Below are positions 31,309 through 32,000 of a DNA stretch of 32,000 bases, piece by piece. A model generated the notes under the pieces. That model was given only the letters and a program-made list of their open reading frames with translations, was not told the origin of the DNA and did not search any database. Each line of letters starts with the position of its first letter. Position 1 is the first letter of the stretch. Origin of the DNA: Hyperthermus butylicus DSM 5456. GTDB lineage: Archaea; Thermoproteota; Thermoprotei_A; Sulfolobales; Pyrodictiaceae. The stretch spans positions 780,001 through 812,000 of the forward strand of contig NC_008818.1 in NCBI RefSeq assembly GCF_000015145.1, read 5' to 3'. The translations under genes and the position numbers were made by a program.

Positions 31309-32000
31309 ATGAGTACAAGACGTGATAGCCGTGAAAAGGGCCCTACCACGAAGGTTATCCAGGCACTGTCTTCAGCTCTGGGCAGCGACCCCTATGCTCC
31401 AATAGTTACCCCGATATATCGTACCGCGCCATTCATGTTTCCTAGAGAAGATTCGCCAATGATACGTGGTAGGCCCTACAAGTACTCTAGGGAGGATAAC
31501 CCAACCATAGTTACCCTAGAGAAGGCTATTACGATTCTCGAGGAGGGCGAAGACACGCTTGTATTTAACACCGGGATGGCTGCAATCTCGACTCTATTAT
31601 TTGCATTACTTGGCCCTGGCGACCGTGTAGTAGCGACACGGGAAGCCTATGGATCGACACTACACCTCCTCAAGGAGCTGGAGAGGTGGGGCGTCAAAGT
31701 CGTCCTAGCAGGCCCGGACAGCGGGGATATCGCCTCCGAGGCTAGCAAGCCTGGAACGAAACTCGTGTTTGTCGAGACTATTACTAACCCACTTCTACAT
31801 GTTACGGATGTACCAGAGGTTGCCAAGGCTGCAAGAGAGTCGGGGGCCATACTCGTAGTGGACAATACTTTTGCAACGCCAATCCTCTTCCGGCCCCTAC
31901 GCCACGGAGCTACGCTTGTAGTACACAGTCTAACCAAGTACATGGCTGGCCACAACGATGTAATGGGTGGCTCGGTAACCGGGCCAGCCAGCATAGTGTC
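31309..32000 (+). CDS. Cys/Met-metabolism PLP-dependent enzyme (cystathionine gamma-synthase / beta-lyase family), 3' end cut by window
   Basis: Not in the ORF track because no stop falls in the window. From ATG 31309: MSTRRDS...YSREDNPTIVTLEKAITILEEGEDTLVFNTGMAAIS...VVDNTFATP...VVHSLTKYMAGHNDVMGG. The SxTKY motif carries the PLP lysine. Confidence 0.85.
   Translation, partial: MSTRRDSREKGPTTKVIQALSSALGSDPYAPIVTPIYRTAPFMFPREDSPMIRGRPYKYSREDNPTIVTLEKAITILEEGEDTLVFNTGMAAISTLLFALLGPGDRVVATREAYGSTLHLLKELERWGVKVVLAGPDSGDIASEASKPGTKLVFVETITNPLLHVTDVPEVAKAARESGAILVVDNTFATPILFRPLRHGATLVVHSLTKYMAGHNDVMGGSVTGPASIV

Noticed and set aside
1-32000. CRISPR arrays, transposases/integrases, prophage or defence islands
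   Set aside because: I saw no periodic direct repeats with spacers, no terminal inverted repeats and no recombinase, nuclease or toxin-like ORFs. Gene content is housekeeping or metabolic throughout.

Overview
This looks like a chromosomal segment of a high-GC crenarchaeon, probably Thermoprotei and Desulfurococcales-like. The evidence is frequent GTG/TTG starts, 4-nt TTGA/GTGA gene overlaps, A-type ATPase subunits and a Cdv division locus. That assignment is an inference, not a database match. About 33 protein genes are packed on both strands. I found no tRNA, rRNA, CRISPR array, transposase or integrase.

Recognisable content:
- atpF (partial) and atpI.
- An HhH/EndoIII-FeS glycosylase-like protein.
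- Two transporters (a polytopic permease and an MFS protein) and a class II aldolase.
- thiL plus an IMPase-family gene.
- The cell-division genes cdvA, cdvB (ESCRT-III) and cdvC (Vps4).
- An aldo/keto reductase.
- lplA overlapping a variant PflA-type radical SAM gene.
- A CoADR/NADH-oxidase-like flavoprotein.
- Two PAP2 phosphatases and a GDPD phosphodiesterase.
- A DHPS-like protein.
- An ArsA/Get3-like ATPase and cstA.
- An orphan ABC ATPase.
- A radical-SAM+HhH protein.
- thrB and a Cys/Met-metabolism PLP enzyme (partial).

Points most worth a second look:
1. The cdv locus is split into three separately punctuated units, each with its own palindrome or structured spacer.
2. A PflA/AmmeMemoRadiSam-type radical SAM homologue has Ala in place of the first Cys of the CxxxCxxC motif, and its gene overlaps lplA.
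3. There are three gene lesions. The ArsA-like gene and thrB each need a -1 frame change. The ABC ATPase has its Walker A region in an open frame with no ATG/GTG/TTG.
4. A 170-nt structured stretch in the 7038-7311 intergenic region has no assigned function.
5. The orphan ABC ATPase sits between two membrane-anchored proteins of unknown function.

All functional calls come from motif recognition by eye. No searches were run.
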